In this document: positions 24,796 through 38,919 of the stretch, one piece after another | Position numbering within the stretch: position 1 is the first letter of the stretch | Layout: the number at the start of each line of letters is the position of its first letter | Source of the DNA: Callorhinchus milii | Taxonomy: Eukaryota | Assembly (NCBI RefSeq): GCF_018977255.1 | Contig: NW_024704743.1 | Location: 98,520,001-98,584,000 of the forward strand | Length of the DNA: 64,000 bases | Direction of reading: 5' to 3' | Program-made: the position numbers and the translations under genes | The notes under the pieces: generated by a model | Database searches by the model: none | What the model saw: the letters and a program-made list of their open reading frames with translations, nothing else | Told to the model about the DNA's origin: nothing

Positions 24796-27361
24796 GGAGG
24801 TGGTGGTTTCTGACAAAAGGAAAATGCATTAACACTGCAAAAACCGTAAAAATAATGGTATATAAGAACCAGTAGGCACTGATTGGAGGTGGTGGGAGAA
24901 ATAGGGTGAAATAACAACAACTTAGATTTATATTGCGCCCCTCACACAGGGTAGTATCCAGGAGTCCTGAAAGGAAAAGGAAAAAAAACGATGATTCTTA
25001 CCAAAATGCAAATCAGTGGTCAGGGGGAGGGGGGCGAGAATTGGTTGGTAAATCATTCATTTCTTTCCTCCCTTTTTCATCTCTCCACTCTACATGCATA
25101 TTACCCATGCAAATATATAAATTGTTTGAAGAGATGCAAAATGATTCTACTCATTTGCACAATATATATCATTTTCCACTCAAATGATTCTAAGTCTCAA
25201 CTACTGTTAATTTGGCTGCTATATAAGAAAGTAATTTTGCATTTTGAATGGAATATATTACATTTCGTGTTTTGACATTCCTGAGAACTATTTCTATGAA
25301 TTTATTTGAAACAGGTCTATTTTTAATCTGTTCCTGATATAGAATGCAACATTGTCTTTTAGTTAGGTTCAAGTCCTGTTATTCACGACAAGACAATTTA
25401 GAACGATAACCTCTTAACAAGGTGCATTCAATGAAATGTGCAGGCACAGTAATTAACAAGGGCATTGTACAAGTTCATTTCAAACTGAACAGCTTTGCTT
25501 GAGTTTCTAAACCATATGTACGTGATCTGCAAATATTCCTCTCCAAAAGAACTGTTCATGCACTGATTGCAAACTGAGGGTCAAAATACTGGCAAAAAAT
25601 GTGAGGATTCATCCAATAATTGGCAAAGTTCTGGGAATCTACATAGAAGTCAGAATATATCAGTTGTGACATGTACTTTATTCAGAGAGTTCAGTCCTAT
25701 ACCCAATAAACTATAAGCATTTGTCAAAAATGTTTACTTTACCTTATGATCCATCCAAAAAAATATGCAATCAAAATGTACACGTGTATGTTTAAGTCAT
25801 TCTACTCTACTTATACCTTACTCTGCTAGTATTTTATTTAGCCAACATACCCTTTCTATACAATGTGTTCTAGATTTGATAAAGATATTATTGTCGTAGC
25901 TTCAGTTGTTGCAAATTTCCATCACCATTTCATATGATATCCTATCACATTAAAGTGTCTTAATGCCATGCATAACCAAGGAATCTGTTTTTTTTGTTAT
26001 ACTAAGATGAGGGAGGAAGATTGGGATACACTGAGAACTCTTCAGTAACCACCTGAACCATCCAAACATGCAGGTGAGACCTGGCTTTGTCACATCTAAA
26101 GGACAGCATCTCCAGCAATGCAACATTTCCTCAACATTGAACATATGTATCAGCAGAGAGCATGAGCTCAAGACATGGTGAGTGTTTGAATTTATAATCT
26201 GCTATCAGACCAAAACCCATATACAACCTTTATAGAAATTTTCAACACAAAGCTGCAAACATCCTGAAAGATTCAAACATTTCTTTAGGCTAATATTGGT
26301 GGCAAACCTACTTTAAAGAAATTAAATGACAGAGCATGCAGACATCTGGCAAATGCGTTCTTCAAAATAACATACCTGACCTGATCAATCTAATTGATGG
26401 TATAGTTTCATATTGCAACCTTAAATGAATACCCTTGAGGCTCCTCATGAGAGGAAATAATTGTATAAGCTTTGGCATAAACAGCCCACTTAGCTGATAT
26501 AAAATACTGCTGATAGCAACATAAATCATTTGAGAACACTCAGAGTTTAAGAGTCAGTCTCAGTGGCAAGCATTTTTTTTAAAAAAGCATCAAGCTCACA
26601 GTTTCACAATCAGTGGAAATATTCTCTATCTGTTACTCTATCAAATCTGTTCATAATTTTGAAACCCACATTGGATTCTGCATCAACCTTCTTTCTTTAT
26701 TTCAGCAAAAATAAACCAACTTTTTAAACAACCTATTAACCCTGGTACCATCTCAATGCCTCTCTGCTGTAATCTCACTGCTCTTGTGCCCTTGCTATAA
26801 AAGGTTACCCTGAACTGGATGCAATACTCCAACCCACTCCATTGCTTGGGAGAATATTTTATACAGATATTCTATGATTATCAAGTAAAAAATAAAATTT
26901 TCACCTATTCCCATATTTTTTAGAATTCAAACCTAAACATATATTCCCCAGCTTCAGATTCCAACAAATCAAAAAATATGCGCTGGACAAGGCAAGGTCA
27001 AAATGTTCTTGAGACATTAGCTAATAGTTGATCAGCATTAGTTATCAGTCGATAACTGCTTCCTACTGACTAGAGATTTTCAGTGAAGTATAAATAATCA
27101 TTCCCAAATAATCTTTCATTTCCACCTCTGTTAATTAAATACATATTAATGTTTCCTACTGAAATATACTTTGTTATATTTGTATACTTTTAAATCTATC
27201 GGCACTCCTTACTAATTCAGTTCATTTTCCTTACAGAGGAAGAAATTAAAATGAAGATATATTACACTCCGAGCTGTTTCTATGCAGCTGGAGCCGGGAA
27301 AAATGTATTACAGAAGGGACGTAGTGGTGTAGATGTGCTACATAGATCAATATTCAATATT

Positions 27362-27580
27362 ACGCCTAATAATAATAATCCCTCCAAAAACCAAAAACAA
27401 TAATAAATTGGTCATTTTCAATCTACGACTGTTTGTGGGACATTGCTGTGCGCAATTGGCTGCCGCGTTCACTCACAAATATACAGTCAATTTACTTTAC
27501 AGTGTGTTCTGTGAAGCGCTTTGGGACGTCCTCCCGACGTGAAAAACGCTGTATCAAATGTAAGGATTAATATTATTATA
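27362..27580 (+). mobile_element. SINE short form, 5'-truncated
   Basis: Matches 45087-45295. Confidence 0.88.
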
Positions 27581-30500
27581 TTCAGGGTTGTTGGTTCAGG
27601 ACCCACTTTGGGTCTTTGAACTCACATCATCTAGGATGAAACTCCAATGCAGTTTTTCTGGGGGGAAAGAGCTGCATTTTTAGAGGTGCCATACTCTGGA
27701 TGAGACATGAAACTGAGGTCCTGTCTACTTACTAGAGCAGATATTAAAGATTCTGGTGTTCTGGTCAAAATCCCTCAGAGAAAATTTGTCATTCACTTAT
27801 GGCTGTTTGTGGGAGTTTGCTATGTGCAAAATTCGCTTACAAACACACAGTCAATACAGTTTACAATATATCCTGTGAAGCACTTTGAGACCATCTCCTG
27901 ACATGAAAGGCACAATATCAAATGTAAGAATTATTATTATTATATTGTTCAGATTTGTTATTATCTTTGGGCCCAGACAGTATCCATGCAAAATTTTGCT
28001 CCATCAAATTGTACTTCATTGAATTATAGACTGTAACAACATCGAAACAGATGAATCGGCCCACCTAGTCTATGCCAATTGAATACACTCCACAGGAATC
28101 TCCACCCCCCACTTAATCCTCTCTCCCATACCCTGCTCTTCACTTCTCCCTCCTGTATTATAGGTTCGGTATTTTCCACAATATGGTACATTTTTTCTTG
28201 ATCTCTGGACAAGGCTCTTAAACATTGCACACTTGCACACTTTCTACCAGGAAGCACTGAATATCAATCAACAGCAGGAATCGTGAATGATTCCGAAAGC
28301 TGACCACAACTTTCTCTTGAACATCTCCTAGCAGCTGTTTCACAGCAGCATTGGCAGAAACCTAGGTACAACCTTGGCTACTTTGGCCATAGTTGATGCA
28401 TCACACAGGGAAACCAGGGAGGGAAACAGATTGTTTAATATCGTAACTATCTATCTGGATTGACAATTTCAAACATGAAACAGGACATGTTTATCTTATG
28501 ATTACTCTTGCTTGAATTCCATACAAATCAGTAAACGATATTCATCATGTTCTGCAAATCAAATCAAAATACATTTTCATCAATAAAAATTGATTTTTAC
28601 TGATTTTTTCCGATGTTAAAATTGGCCTAGTTTCAGGTCAATAGGTCGTCACTGACATCAATTCCTGCATGCTGCGCACAGGAAGCACTGCTAAGATCAC
28701 TTTCTGGTTGCTGCACATGCACACTATGTGCAAGAAGTGCCATTAACTCAGTGATACGTTTTACGAATAGAGCAAATGTGCAGTGGGCAGGATGCACTGG
28801 CAGCAGCAACCTGACAATCAGGAAATTGGGCATTTTTGTCATCAGAATAAATCTATAAAAATTAGCAAAATAGAAAACAATTAAATAACAGTAATTGTCA
28901 ATATTAACCAATAAAAATCAACACAAATACAACTCAATTTCAAGCTGCACATGATCAAGTATCAAATATCACAGATAAATCAGTTCCCTGGTGTATTAAT
29001 GTAACTTTTGTTTTATATTATTATATATTTGTTGCACCCGTATACATTGTATTAGACCTCTGAATTATTAGCCATCTCAGACCTGCTTTAAACATGAAGA
29101 ATTTGCTCTTCATTATTTTTGGCAACATATAAAAGCGAGGGAGGTGAGAGTGAGAAACAAAGAGAGGGAAGGACGGACGGAAACAAAGAAGGAAGTTGCA
29201 TTTTTATTATGGACTTATTTATATTGTACACATTACCACTGACAAAGAAGGACATGTATGTAATTATGTGCAAAGCAATGAAATGCAATGCTCATTACCG
29301 TTCAATACTAATTAAATTATTTTCTAATCTACCCAAAACTGCTGGCCAAAAACAGCTCAGAATTTAAACCTTACACTGACTTAAACCTCTGTGCCAGGAT
29401 CATGCTGTATTTTCTCGATAAGAAGAACATTATTTAAAAGTATTACCTTTTTTGAAAGAAAATACAAAATCATTACATCTGGAATTTTATTACGAGAGAT
29501 CAACAGACAAAGGAAAGAACTGCTCGACTTTTAAATAGTTTTTGCTCTTGGAGGAATTCAGCCAGCATGCAATATGAGTTCAATCAATAGTATGGAAATC
29601 CAGCAAAAGGGACAGATTAAACATTTAAACAAAGACTTCAAGACATAACTACCATACTCTACACCAGTTTTAAAACAAGTATTACAATAGGTATTTCCCC
29701 CATTACTTTTAGTCAATGCTTATAAAAATACACCAATGTCTTCTGTAACAATACGATTACCTTTGCTTTGATAAAATTAAGGCATAAAGCAAAAAGGTTG
29801 TTACCATGGTGCCGCCAACTGCTTGCTCAGCCCTGTTAATTAGAACTGCAATAGCTGACAGGCATTGCAAGAAGAACTTGTGTTAGTTTAAGAGACACCT
29901 TGTCCACAGCTCCAACAGAATGTTAACATTTTCTATAATCTTTCATTAAGTTTTGAAATGACTGTCTAAAATGTTAATGAAACAAGTGCCCAGCTTCAAG
30001 CATTTTGTGTGGGAACATTATGCCTCATTCATAATGCTGGGAGTGATTCAAAGACACTTTGAGTAGCAAAACAATTAGGAGCGGGCAGCTACACTTACAT
30101 TTCAACAACGCGATATCAAATGCAAGGATTATTATTATCATTAAAAATCACACTAGCTAGTGACTGAAGAAACTGCAACAAAACACAAGCAACTAGTACG
30201 AAATGCAGAATTGGTTCCATGTTAAGGAAGAAGTAGGAGTACAGCTGCTCAAAAATATTTCCAACAACTGCATTGATACTGCAACAGAGTAAATTGTTAT
30301 TCTCACGGAACTACCTGCCTCCAGCACAATGAACTCAAAATATGTGTGGTACTCAAAACATGGCTCTCCACATAGACAAACTACATTCAAAATCTTTTTA
30401 ACAATTAATTCATGGGTTAACTAATGCAGTCCCCAATGGAATTGGACTCAGTTTTGTACATTTTCTCAGGCCTACAACAACAAATTTCAATTATAAATTT

Positions 30501-30695
30501 CTAGTACCTTTCAAGTTGGGGAATGTTCTGATGGCACTGGAGGGTTTGCACGCAAACTGGGGGTTGTATTCGGGGTGGGGTATGGTTTCCAGGGTGAGGA
30601 AAAGATGACCAAAGACAAGGTCAAAGAGGAAGGTGTAAACCTTAATTTGTAAAGCATCTCTCGTGGGGCAGATGATTCATAATGATTTTGAAGAT

Positions 30696-31063
30696 TAATA
30701 ATAATAATAATCCTTGCATTTGATATAGTGCTTTTCACATCTTCCAGACGTCATAAAGTGCCTCATAGAATATACTGTAAATTGAGTTGACTGTATATTT
30801 GTGGGAGAAACGCGGCAGCCAATTGCGCAGAGCAGTGTCCCATGAACAGTCGTGGATTGAGTGACCAAATTATTACTGTTTTTTTGAGGGATTATTATCA
30901 CGAGAAAAGCAATCTGCCAATCGACTAACAACCGGGTTCCTACTTACTGTGAGGTAAACAGAAACGTGTGGAGTAAGGAAACTTGCCCAACGTTTCACCC
31001 TGCAGGAATAGCACCCAGGTCTCTCGCTTGCGAGGTGAATGTTCTAACCACTGAGCTACAGGA
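30696..31063 (-). mobile_element. tRNA-derived SINE, long form
   Basis: Complete head, middle segment and tail. Confidence 0.9.
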
Positions 31064-31435
31064 TTTAAGGTACCAAAACGCATATAAAAACCAAAACAAA
31101 ATTTAAAAGGAACTGCAGCAGTTGAAACTTCAAAGCATCAGATATTCAAATCCATTAATGGCATTAAATTTCTCATCTGGATTGGGAAACTCCATTCTCG
31201 GAGTGGGTTCTGACACCTACAGGATTTTTAGTGTTTCACATTAAAGATGGCAAATTGTTGTAATAAGTATCAGACGAAAAATATTGAATACCACACATTT
31301 TATCCTTATATGATAAAGGTCATAAATTAGAATTCTTCTTGGAGACTAAAACCCTCCAAATGTCAAAATCTACAAGCTCCTGAATGACAAAAGATATTGC
31401 ATGGATTACAAAATATGATTGCTACCAGTTGACTA

Positions 31436-31860
31436 CAATAACAACAAATATCATTTATATAGCGCCTTTCACGTCGCGAGGACTTCCCAAGGCGCTGGAC
31501 AAACAGGGTTTGCCCCCGAGCTGCGGAAGAGGGTCACCAGGCTGGAGTTACAGAGGGTGGGGGCAGAAAGGCTGAAGATCTGACCCCAGATAGTGGAGCA
31601 GGAAGGGCAGGGAACATGGAGCAGCCCGTGCCTGCAGAACAGAGGGAGCGGACAAGTTGGTGAAGTTTTAATGAAAGCATGGATGAGGATTGCAGTAGGT
31701 TGAGGGTAGAGATAGTGGCAGAGACGGAGGTAGGGGATAGCAGAATGGGTAATGGTATGGATATAGGGTTTAAAAGACAGTTGAGGGTCGAACAAGACAC
31801 CACAGTTCCATACTTGCTCGGTTAGGGGGAGTGTGCATCAACCACATAGAGAGTGCATCC
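31436..31860 (-). mobile_element. Degraded L2 3' fragment
   Basis: FDPQLSFKPYI peptide; tail and stem-loop at 31436-31500. Confidence 0.75.
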
Positions 31861-34562
31861 ATGAACAGTGATAATAAATGGGAATCTTTATTATCCATCC
31901 ACAGAATGGATAATAAAGATTCAAACAAATTACTAGGCTTAACATCAAACAAATTGTGAAGAAACAAAAGTGTGCAAGATATCCACGCTATGCACCACCT
32001 TTTGAAAGAACATTTATTTTATCTGCATCGCTAATAAATCCATGTGGAGTTCAACTCTCAAAGCAACAATTCTTGACATAGTGATTTGTTTAAAAAAAGA
32101 TTCTGACAAATGTAAACAAAGATTTCACTGTCATTCTCTTTCAAAATACAGCAGAAGCAACAACTTTAATTGTTCTTGACTTGATACACACGGATCCTTT
32201 TATGCTCCTGATTTGAACTCAGCTCCCCAAAGGCTGAATCTTACATAACCTTAAAGCTGAGTCTACTGCTGGAGTAGTGAAGACTACAAGGAGATTTTGC
32301 TTCATATCTGTGCACTGATTGCAAGAAATTAACTCAGAATTTAAGGTTCAGAATTTTGGAGACTAAATACAAACAAGGGTCTGATGGTGTGCTTTGAAAC
32401 TATTAGCAATGTGTTAACATATTTATCTTGTGTGCAATAAAATGACTCATTCATATTATTAAAATGTTTTTTTTCATTCTTACAAAACATGAGCAAATCC
32501 TATTTTGTTTGATAATTAGATATCATGATGTCACATGTAAGTTATGCAATGACACATTTCAACACGACTTACATAATTTTTGACAGGGGCCGTAAAACAG
32601 GAACAGTATTACAGAAAATTGGGAAACGGAATGATACAGAAGAAAAAATGCTTCTATTAATCCTTACATTTGATATAGGCCCCGTCATGTCGGGAGTATG
32701 TCTCAAATCATTCTATAGGTTATAATGTAATGTTTACCTGTGTACCTTATGAGCAAACTTGGTATTGAATCCAGTATAGGATAAGTGCAAACATCACTCT
32801 TTTCTGACATCATTAAGGATCTTATGTGAAAGAAGTTTGGACAACCAAAGTAAATTTGAGACCACAGCATAATATTTGTCTTTAATTCACAATATTAATT
32901 AAAGGGCTGCAAAAGGATGCCTGATATGAAAAACAGAAACATCTTATCAGTAGGAAGGAATGCTCTCCTGATGGAGTTAGGGTACATCGTTGTGACAAGA
33001 CAAGGAGAAGCTGGATTTGGTACCGAACAGGCTATTTTTATCCTGCATCTGCTGACTCTGAGCGTAGAAAATAGAAAAGTGCTCTATTCCCCAACACTGA
33101 TATCCCTCACCTCGATCAGTGCCAAAAAAATCACTTAAAAAACTGTCACATATATAACGGATATTGCTTTGCGCTAACAAAAATATATAGAGGTGGGTGT
33201 TATCTTTATTGCAACCTACACACTACCCAAAAACCTTGTAACGGTTAGGTAATATAAGACTAACCCGTACAAGACTGGGATCCACTCCAAAATGTAAACT
33301 AGTCTCTGTGGAAAACAATGCCGCAACAGATTTTTTAAATGATGAAAATTTTTATCAATTACAACACGGTGTATGGTAAAACAGAAAATGATTGACAGAT
33401 TTAATTTACTTATTTCATGCTGCATCTGAAAAATATCCCTGAAACTTGAACGATTAACCTTCAAGAGAACAAGCAAATATTATATTGCTTCGGCTACTGC
33501 TACTGGACTAAGTGTGTGAAAACCATTCTAAACATGAAGCATTAAAGCCTCAAATAATTATATTTTGTTAGGAAAATGCATCTCATAAAAGCAAAACAAA
33601 ACTAATTTTGGGACTGAGAATATTATACCTAAGACATCAGTTGAACATTTTGTACTTGCACTTAGCTGAATTGAATGTACAGAATGATGTGCAAAGGGTA
33701 ATTTACTACAAATTGAGATATCCTAATATGCATACTGTATTTTTTTAAGGATGCCAATAAGTTTTATTGGCATCCTTAAATTGCAGATGACACTATTCAA
33801 AAAGAGAAGGTACTTTCTCCCAGCGTCCTGGCCAAAAGTCCCCAATATAATTGTCACATATATAATGGATATTGCTTTGCCCAATTGTCATTCACTCCAC
33901 GGCTGTTTGTGAGACATTGCTGTGTCCAAAATGGCTGCTGCATTCACCCACAAAGTTTTTTATGGTGGCTTGGCCAACATTTCCCCAGAGAAAAAAAATG
34001 GTTCAAGGTTGTTTGTGAAATATTGTTGAGCATAAACTAGCTGCCATTTTCACTTACAAATACACAGTCACTACATTTTACAGTAATTTTTTGAGAGCTC
34101 TAAGATATTTCAAGATGATTTCACCCACAAAATATACAGTTGATTCACTTTACAGCATATTCTATGAAGAACTTTGAGACGTCTCAAAGATGTATATAAG
34201 GTGCTATAACAAATGCAAGAATTATTATTATTATATGGTAGAATATCAAATGCCAAGGTTATGCTTTATTTCTCCAGTACTTATATTTTTTTCTTTTAAC
34301 CACAAAATTAAATCCTTAATTTATAGCCTTCTGCAAGTGTATTCTATATTTGTATTAAGAAATGTGTTCATTCAATCCACTTGGCATACATGTTTTCAAA
34401 ATCTACCACATTATATTTTGCCTCATTAAACTCTGCCTGCCATAGATTCACATGCTCACTAACTTGTCTATGTTCCATTGCATTTTTCTGTTCATTTATT
34501 CATAATTCACTACACCTCATAGCTTCATGTCAACTTAGATGTATTCCCCTTATTCATATATA

Positions 34563-34975
34563 TAGTGGAAGCCGTTTAAACCAGACACAGGGTAACCCCA
34601 AAACACCAGGTAAATCGGACAAGCACCCGGCCCTAATTAATTTGTATTCTTTAGCTATTGTAAATAACCCGGTTAATCTGGACAAATGCCGTGGTGGTCA
34701 CTGTTGAGTCTACTCATTTGCACCTTCTGTGTCTCGAGCGGCTCCATTCAGCCACAAGCTGCTCTGGGATGGAAGCGGGAGGAGTCAAATTGTGATGACA
34801 CTGGACTCCTGCCATTTATATATGGCTCCGGACTGTCAATCAGTGAGGGAGTGGGCAGAGAAATGGTGAAGAAACGAGCGACAGACTGGAGATGGGACAA
34901 GTCAAATTGCAATTAATTGAAGCCTGGAGCTGCTTGTGAATGAATGTACTGCCCTTCCTTAAGTAGCTTCCGCTG
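34563..34975. mobile_element. Non-autonomous Tc1/mariner (pogo/Tigger-like) DNA element
   Basis: TA-flanked imperfect TIRs TAGTGGAAGCCGTTTAA versus (rc) CAGCGGAAGCTACTTAA; subterminal AAxCxGGACA-like repeats. Confidence 0.55.
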
Positions 34976-35149
34976 TATATCAGCTATTTACGTACAGAGT
35001 GTAAAGCTAGGGTCTCAGCACTGAAACCTGCAGGACATTACTCATTAATGGCCACCAAACAGAACAGCTCTTTCATTCCAACCAGCTGCCTCATATATCA
35101 CAATCAAATTCCTATCCAAGCTTCTTGGCTGCCTCTATTTCCAATGTGA

Positions 35150-35515
35150 ACTTAAATAATTTCTTATGTGGAAAATCTATTAAATGCCGAAAATCCATGT
35201 AGATAATATCCATCAATCCTTCTCAATCTACCAACACAGTGTTTCTATGAAAAAAACTTAATCAGACATGACTTACCTTTCACAAAACCATGTTGATTCT
35301 CACTGATCATCTCATACCTAATCAGGTTATACTCAAGCTCTTCTAATGGAACTAGTAATTTTTCCACTGCAATTATTTTGTCCTTTTCTCCCTTCTTGCA
35401 AAAGGGAATCACGCTTGCTACCTTCCAATCTTCTGGTATTAGTCCTGAATCCAGGAGCTTTGAAAAAATTTAATTAACGCATCTTCAAATTTCTCACCTA
35501 TTTCTTTCAATACAC
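35150..35515 (-). mobile_element. Degraded CR1 RT fragment
   Basis: Minus-strand ISENQHGFVKGKSCL and DIIYMDF motifs. Confidence 0.65.
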
Positions 35516-36384
35516 CTGTTATTAAAGCAGAATCTGACACATAACATACATCTATAACAAATATAGAAAATATTGTAAGTGCAGATCGTGTTGATCAACA
35601 TGCGAGTCTTTATCAGAACTGGGAAACATTCTAATCTTATGCACCAAATAATGTTTATGTTGCGTAATAATAATATATTATTAGATAGCTTCAATGTCTA
35701 AATTTGCATTTGTAAAGACATGTTTTAGAGGATGTCATTTATTGAAATAAAATTGGCAAGGGACGATTTTTACGTTACCTTGGAATAACATCGCTAAAAG
35801 GAATTTAACATATCACATTATGCAAAACAAGTTTATGAGGCTGCTAAGCTCTCCTGTATGGAGTAATTTAGCTGAATGCTTGTTTTCTATAAATTATCTT
35901 TTGCAGCAGCAATTTCATCACAATTTCCAAGGCTGGGAACAAAATTAACACGATCAGAAATATTCTGCAAAATATGACAACTGAAATATTCATGGAGGTC
36001 ACGTGTAACTCAGTTACACAGACGTATGAAGAGTGAACAGACAGATTTGCACTAATGTGGTATTAAAAATGAAACAAAAACATATGCCACGGACACCTTT
36101 TTCAAAAAAAACCTTGATAAAAATATTTGTATCTTTAGCTTATTTATGTAGCAACAGAAATTACTCATCAACCTTTAGAGACAATGGCAGCTATTTAGAC
36201 AGAAGACTGATTTCTTAAAGGTAGTAATAAGGATTCTATTCTGCATAAAATTCCTGAGTACGCAAAATAATGTAAATGTTTGGAAGGTTTATTGTTCCTG
36301 GACTAAGAGTTTAAAATAATGTTGAGTGAAATTCAATCCTTTCCCCCCCAAAGTGAACATGGAAAGAAAAATCTACCCATGAGC

Positions 36385-37230
36385 TTTGCCTGGATGAGTG
36401 TAAACTTCACGCAGCTGAATATGGACAAGACGGAAGCCATAATCCTCGGATACTGGCAATGTCTTCACTCCTACAGATCTAAACTGCTCAACCTCCCTGG
36501 GTCGCCCTCAGATTCACAGAATCAGTGCGCAATCTAGGTATCCGGTTCGACCCTCAGCTGTCCTTCCTCCCCCATATCCAGTCCCTGACCAGGACTGTCT
36601 TCTTCCACCTCCGCCACATTGCCCGCCTCCAACCGTACCTTACCCCAAATGCAGCCAAAACTCTCTTGCACGCGTTTGTAACCTCCCGCTTGGATTACTC
36701 CAAAACACTGCTCGCCGGTCTCCCCAGCTCCACCATTCAAAAGATCCAGCTCATTCAGAATTCTGATGCCCACATACTGAACCCGACCAAACTCCATACC
36801 CACATTTTACCGTTCTGGCCAGGCTCCACTGGCTTCCCATCACCAAACAGATCGACTGCAAGATTCTCACACTCGTGTTCAAATCCATTCACTCCCTGGT
36901 ATCTTCCTACTTCTCCAATCTCCTCACTCCCCAATCCACCACCCAGTGCCTCCGCTCGACTGGCGCTCGCCTCTTGCTCGTCCCTCGCACCCTCCACCCC
37001 ACTATCGGAGGTCGCGCTTTCAGCACTATGCCCCAAAACTCTGGGACATTCTCCCTCAATCCCTCCGCCTTGCCCCCCCCTCCCCTTTTTCAAGTCACGC
37101 CTGACAACTTTCCTCTTTGACCGTGCTTATGGCCACCTCCCACCCCAGCTCAGAGTTGGACTCCATCACGGTTAAGCGCTCTGAGACGTTAACCTGCGTG
37201 GAGGGCGTTATATAAGTGCAAGTTGTTGTT
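36385..37230 (+). mobile_element. L2 family D 3' fragment
   Basis: QLNMDKTE, RNLGIRFDPQLSF and SRLDYS peptides; tail GCGCTCTGAG...GAGGGCG-TTATATAAGTGCAAG(TTG)n. Confidence 0.88.
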
Positions 37231-37779
37231 GAAACAGAAACTAAAACAAGTGAATAAAAATATCCAAAATCAGGCACGATTCATTACTGGTTTACTTTGT
37301 GCACCTCCTAGCAATTACAAACTGTATTGCCAGTTGACGAACAGTTGGCCATTCATATGGGTGATCAAACAAATCCATATGGGGAGAGGGGGAAATAATG
37401 AAAAATAAAAAAGGAATTTCCTTCCACAAATAATTGAACCTTTTGAAATGTACATTGCTTCATGCTCTCTCCCTTTAGCTGAACACCCCACGATCATGTT
37501 CTTACTTTACTGCCTTTGCAAACTGTAATAATGTAATAACAGTTTCAGAAATCTACTAGATGATCCCCACCCCTTCCCCTGCTCTGCAGTATTCTGTAAA
37601 CTAAAAGGGACATTAGCCAGCTGGTAGGGCCTCAGTCTTTGATGTAGGCATCCACCTTTGGGTTAAATTTTACTGTTAGACCAGAACATGGAAAAGAATT
37701 TGAAGGCGCGCTGCCTCTTTAAGAAGTTTTTAGGAGTCAATTCTGCAACATGTACTCTCTCCCATGTTAAAGGTACCAA

Positions 37780-38140
37780 GTTTCCTGTAGCTCAGCGGTT
37801 AGAGCACTCGCCTTGCAAGCGAGACACCTGGGTTCAGTTCCAGGCAGGGCGAAACCTTGGGAAAGTTTCCTTACTCCCGACATGAAAGGCGCTCTATAAA
37901 TGGAATCTTGTTGTTGTTGTACTCCACACGCCTAATAATAATCCCTCCAAAAAACAAAAACAATAATGAATTGGTCATTTTCAATCTACGGCTGTTTGTG
38001 GGACACTGCTGCGCGCAATTGGCTGCCAAGTTTCACCCACAAATAGTCAATTCACTTTACAGCATATTCTGTGAAGCGCTTTGAGACATCTAGAAGACGT
38101 GAAAAGCGCTATATCAAATGCAAGGATTATTATTATTTAT
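37780..38140 (+). mobile_element. tRNA-derived SINE, short form, carrying a 42-nt L2 insertion
   Basis: Head at 37780-37850; L2 tail at 37878-37919 between TACTCC repeats. Confidence 0.9.
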
Positions 38141-38429
38141 TTATTATATGAGGAGTGGTTTTCAGGGCAGTATTCAGTATGACTTTGACAAATAATACAA
38201 AAAGAGAAAGAAATAAACAATCCAAAATCAACTGAGAACTTGAGCAGATGTCAGGAAGTGGTCGTGCAATATGTGGAGATTGTCTTCATTTGAAGAATGA
38301 AAATGCTACAAAGTAAGCTATTTCTTTCTCATTTGGCATCCTCCACAAACCACTTGTATCCCAAACAAAACTGACCTAGTAATAGTAAATGTAAATAATA
38401 AATAGTAATAGTAAATGACCTAGTATCAT

Positions 38430-38825
38430 ATCATCGAGACATATCAAAGCCCTTCACAAGATATAGCGTAAAGTGGATTGACTATGTATTTTGTGGACAA
38501 AACGCAGCAACCAATAGAGCACAGTAATGGCCCACAACCAGCGATGGAGTGAATGTCCAATTTTATTTGTGGGATTGTCCAGACACTGGGAGAAACTCGC
38601 TTCTCTTTTTGAATAATGCCATGGGATCATTAACATCCACCTGAACAGATGGGACATTGGTTTAACATCTTATCCGAAGGACAGCGCTTCCAACAATGCA
38701 ACACATCCCTAGCGCTGCACTGGAGTGTCAGCTTAGACTAAGTGATTCCAAGTCCCGACACTGGGCCTAAACCCACAATCTTTTGTCTCAGGGACAAGAG
38801 TGCAACCACTTCACCAGGCTGACCA
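38430..38825 (-). mobile_element. Old DeuSINE-like (SacSINE1-type) element, near full length
   Basis: Reverse complement contains a tRNA-like head, GCTGACACTCCAGTGCAG and the recalled Deu core ...CTTCGGATAAGATGTTAAACC...CAGGTGGATGTTAATGATCCCATGGCATTATT.... Other fragments lie near 13105-13250, 16190-16440, 26020-26215, 27680-27940 and 33790-33950. Confidence 0.75.
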
Positions 38826-38919
38826 GTACTTCTCTTGATAAGAATGCTTTTTGGAAAGTAATTCTGCTCTTACTACAAGGTATGCTAGGTGCTGTATTGC
38901 TTTGGCTTGGCTTTTATTT

